Shown: positions 63,596 through 64,000 of the stretch, in pieces
Layout: every line of letters starts with the position of its first letter
Position numbering within the stretch: position 1 is the stretch's first letter
DNA from: Phoronis australis
Lineage: Eukaryota > Animalia > Phoronida
Direction of reading: 5' to 3'
Assembly: GCA_002633005.1 (NCBI GenBank)
Contig: NMRA01000217.1
Coordinates: forward strand, 424,567 to 488,566
DNA length: 64,000 nucleotides
Notes under the pieces: generated by a model
Database searches by the model: none
What the model saw: the letters and a program-made list of their open reading frames with translations, nothing else
Told to the model about the DNA's origin: nothing
Program-made: the position numbers and the translations under genes

Positions 63596-64000
63596 AGAGT
63601 TCCCACCATGCATTTTCTTACTTGTTCAGGTTTCAGTTAGCTAATATGAATCGAATACCATAAAATCTTGCTAAATAGGCACTTTTTATGCCAAATAGTG
63701 GCAATTTTTTTAATTTTGAAGAAAAATTACTTATTTCTAAGTTTCCCGCCAAATGATGCAATGGGTGGAAGACGGTTGGCCGCTTGACAATCATTTGCAA
63801 TGTCGGAACACTGCAGGTCAGAAGACAATGACAATATTAGGCGAGAATTGGACAATTATTATGCAGACAGAGAGGAGAGTGGATACGGGCACTTATACTC
63901 AAGTACTTGAAGAATCAGACAATGAATTCGATTTCCCATTTAGCGAACTTTCGTCGGGTTTCAGGCCGTATGAACTCGACCCACTTGCACGAGAAATGAC
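63596..64000 (+). mobile_element. Left end of a probable Kolobok-like element nested at a TTAA in the Sola3-like copy
   Basis: Sola3 homology stops at TTAA (63592-95), followed by AGAGTTCCCACCATGC; a downstream frameshifted acidic reading frame ends ...SGFRPYELDPLAREM. The right end is not in the window. Confidence 0.45.

Overview
Eukaryotic, AT-rich, intron-containing and transposon-littered genomic DNA; it looks like an invertebrate animal, but the taxon is only inferred. Most short ORFs in the six-frame track are noise. Two genes are supported. (1) On the minus strand at 188-16103 is the 5' part of a harmonin/USH1C orthologue. I assembled it by hand from 14 well-supported GT-AG exons (N-terminal harmonin homology domain, PDZ1, PDZ2, coiled coil) plus 3 tentative small exons; it continues off the left edge. 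(2) On the plus strand at about 60375-61316 is an intronless orphan class A GPCR with non-canonical motifs. The ~44 kb between them contains no intact gene that I can support. It holds DNA-transposon relics: a Sola3-like TTAA/GAG..CTC element with a transposase remnant and a second copy near 63.4 kb, several Kolobok-like TTAA elements including two THAP-bearing sister copies, Harbinger-like MITEs and 5-bp-TSD MITEs. It also holds tRNA-derived SINE-like heads, mini- and microsatellites, a 1.3-1.4 kb tandem duplication and an assembly gap. There is no CRISPR, rRNA or intact tRNA. I found no convincing new biological system. The best leads are harmonin exon-structure conservation with candidate microexons, the atypical GPCR, and the reconstructable transposon relics. 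All coordinates and translations were read by eye.
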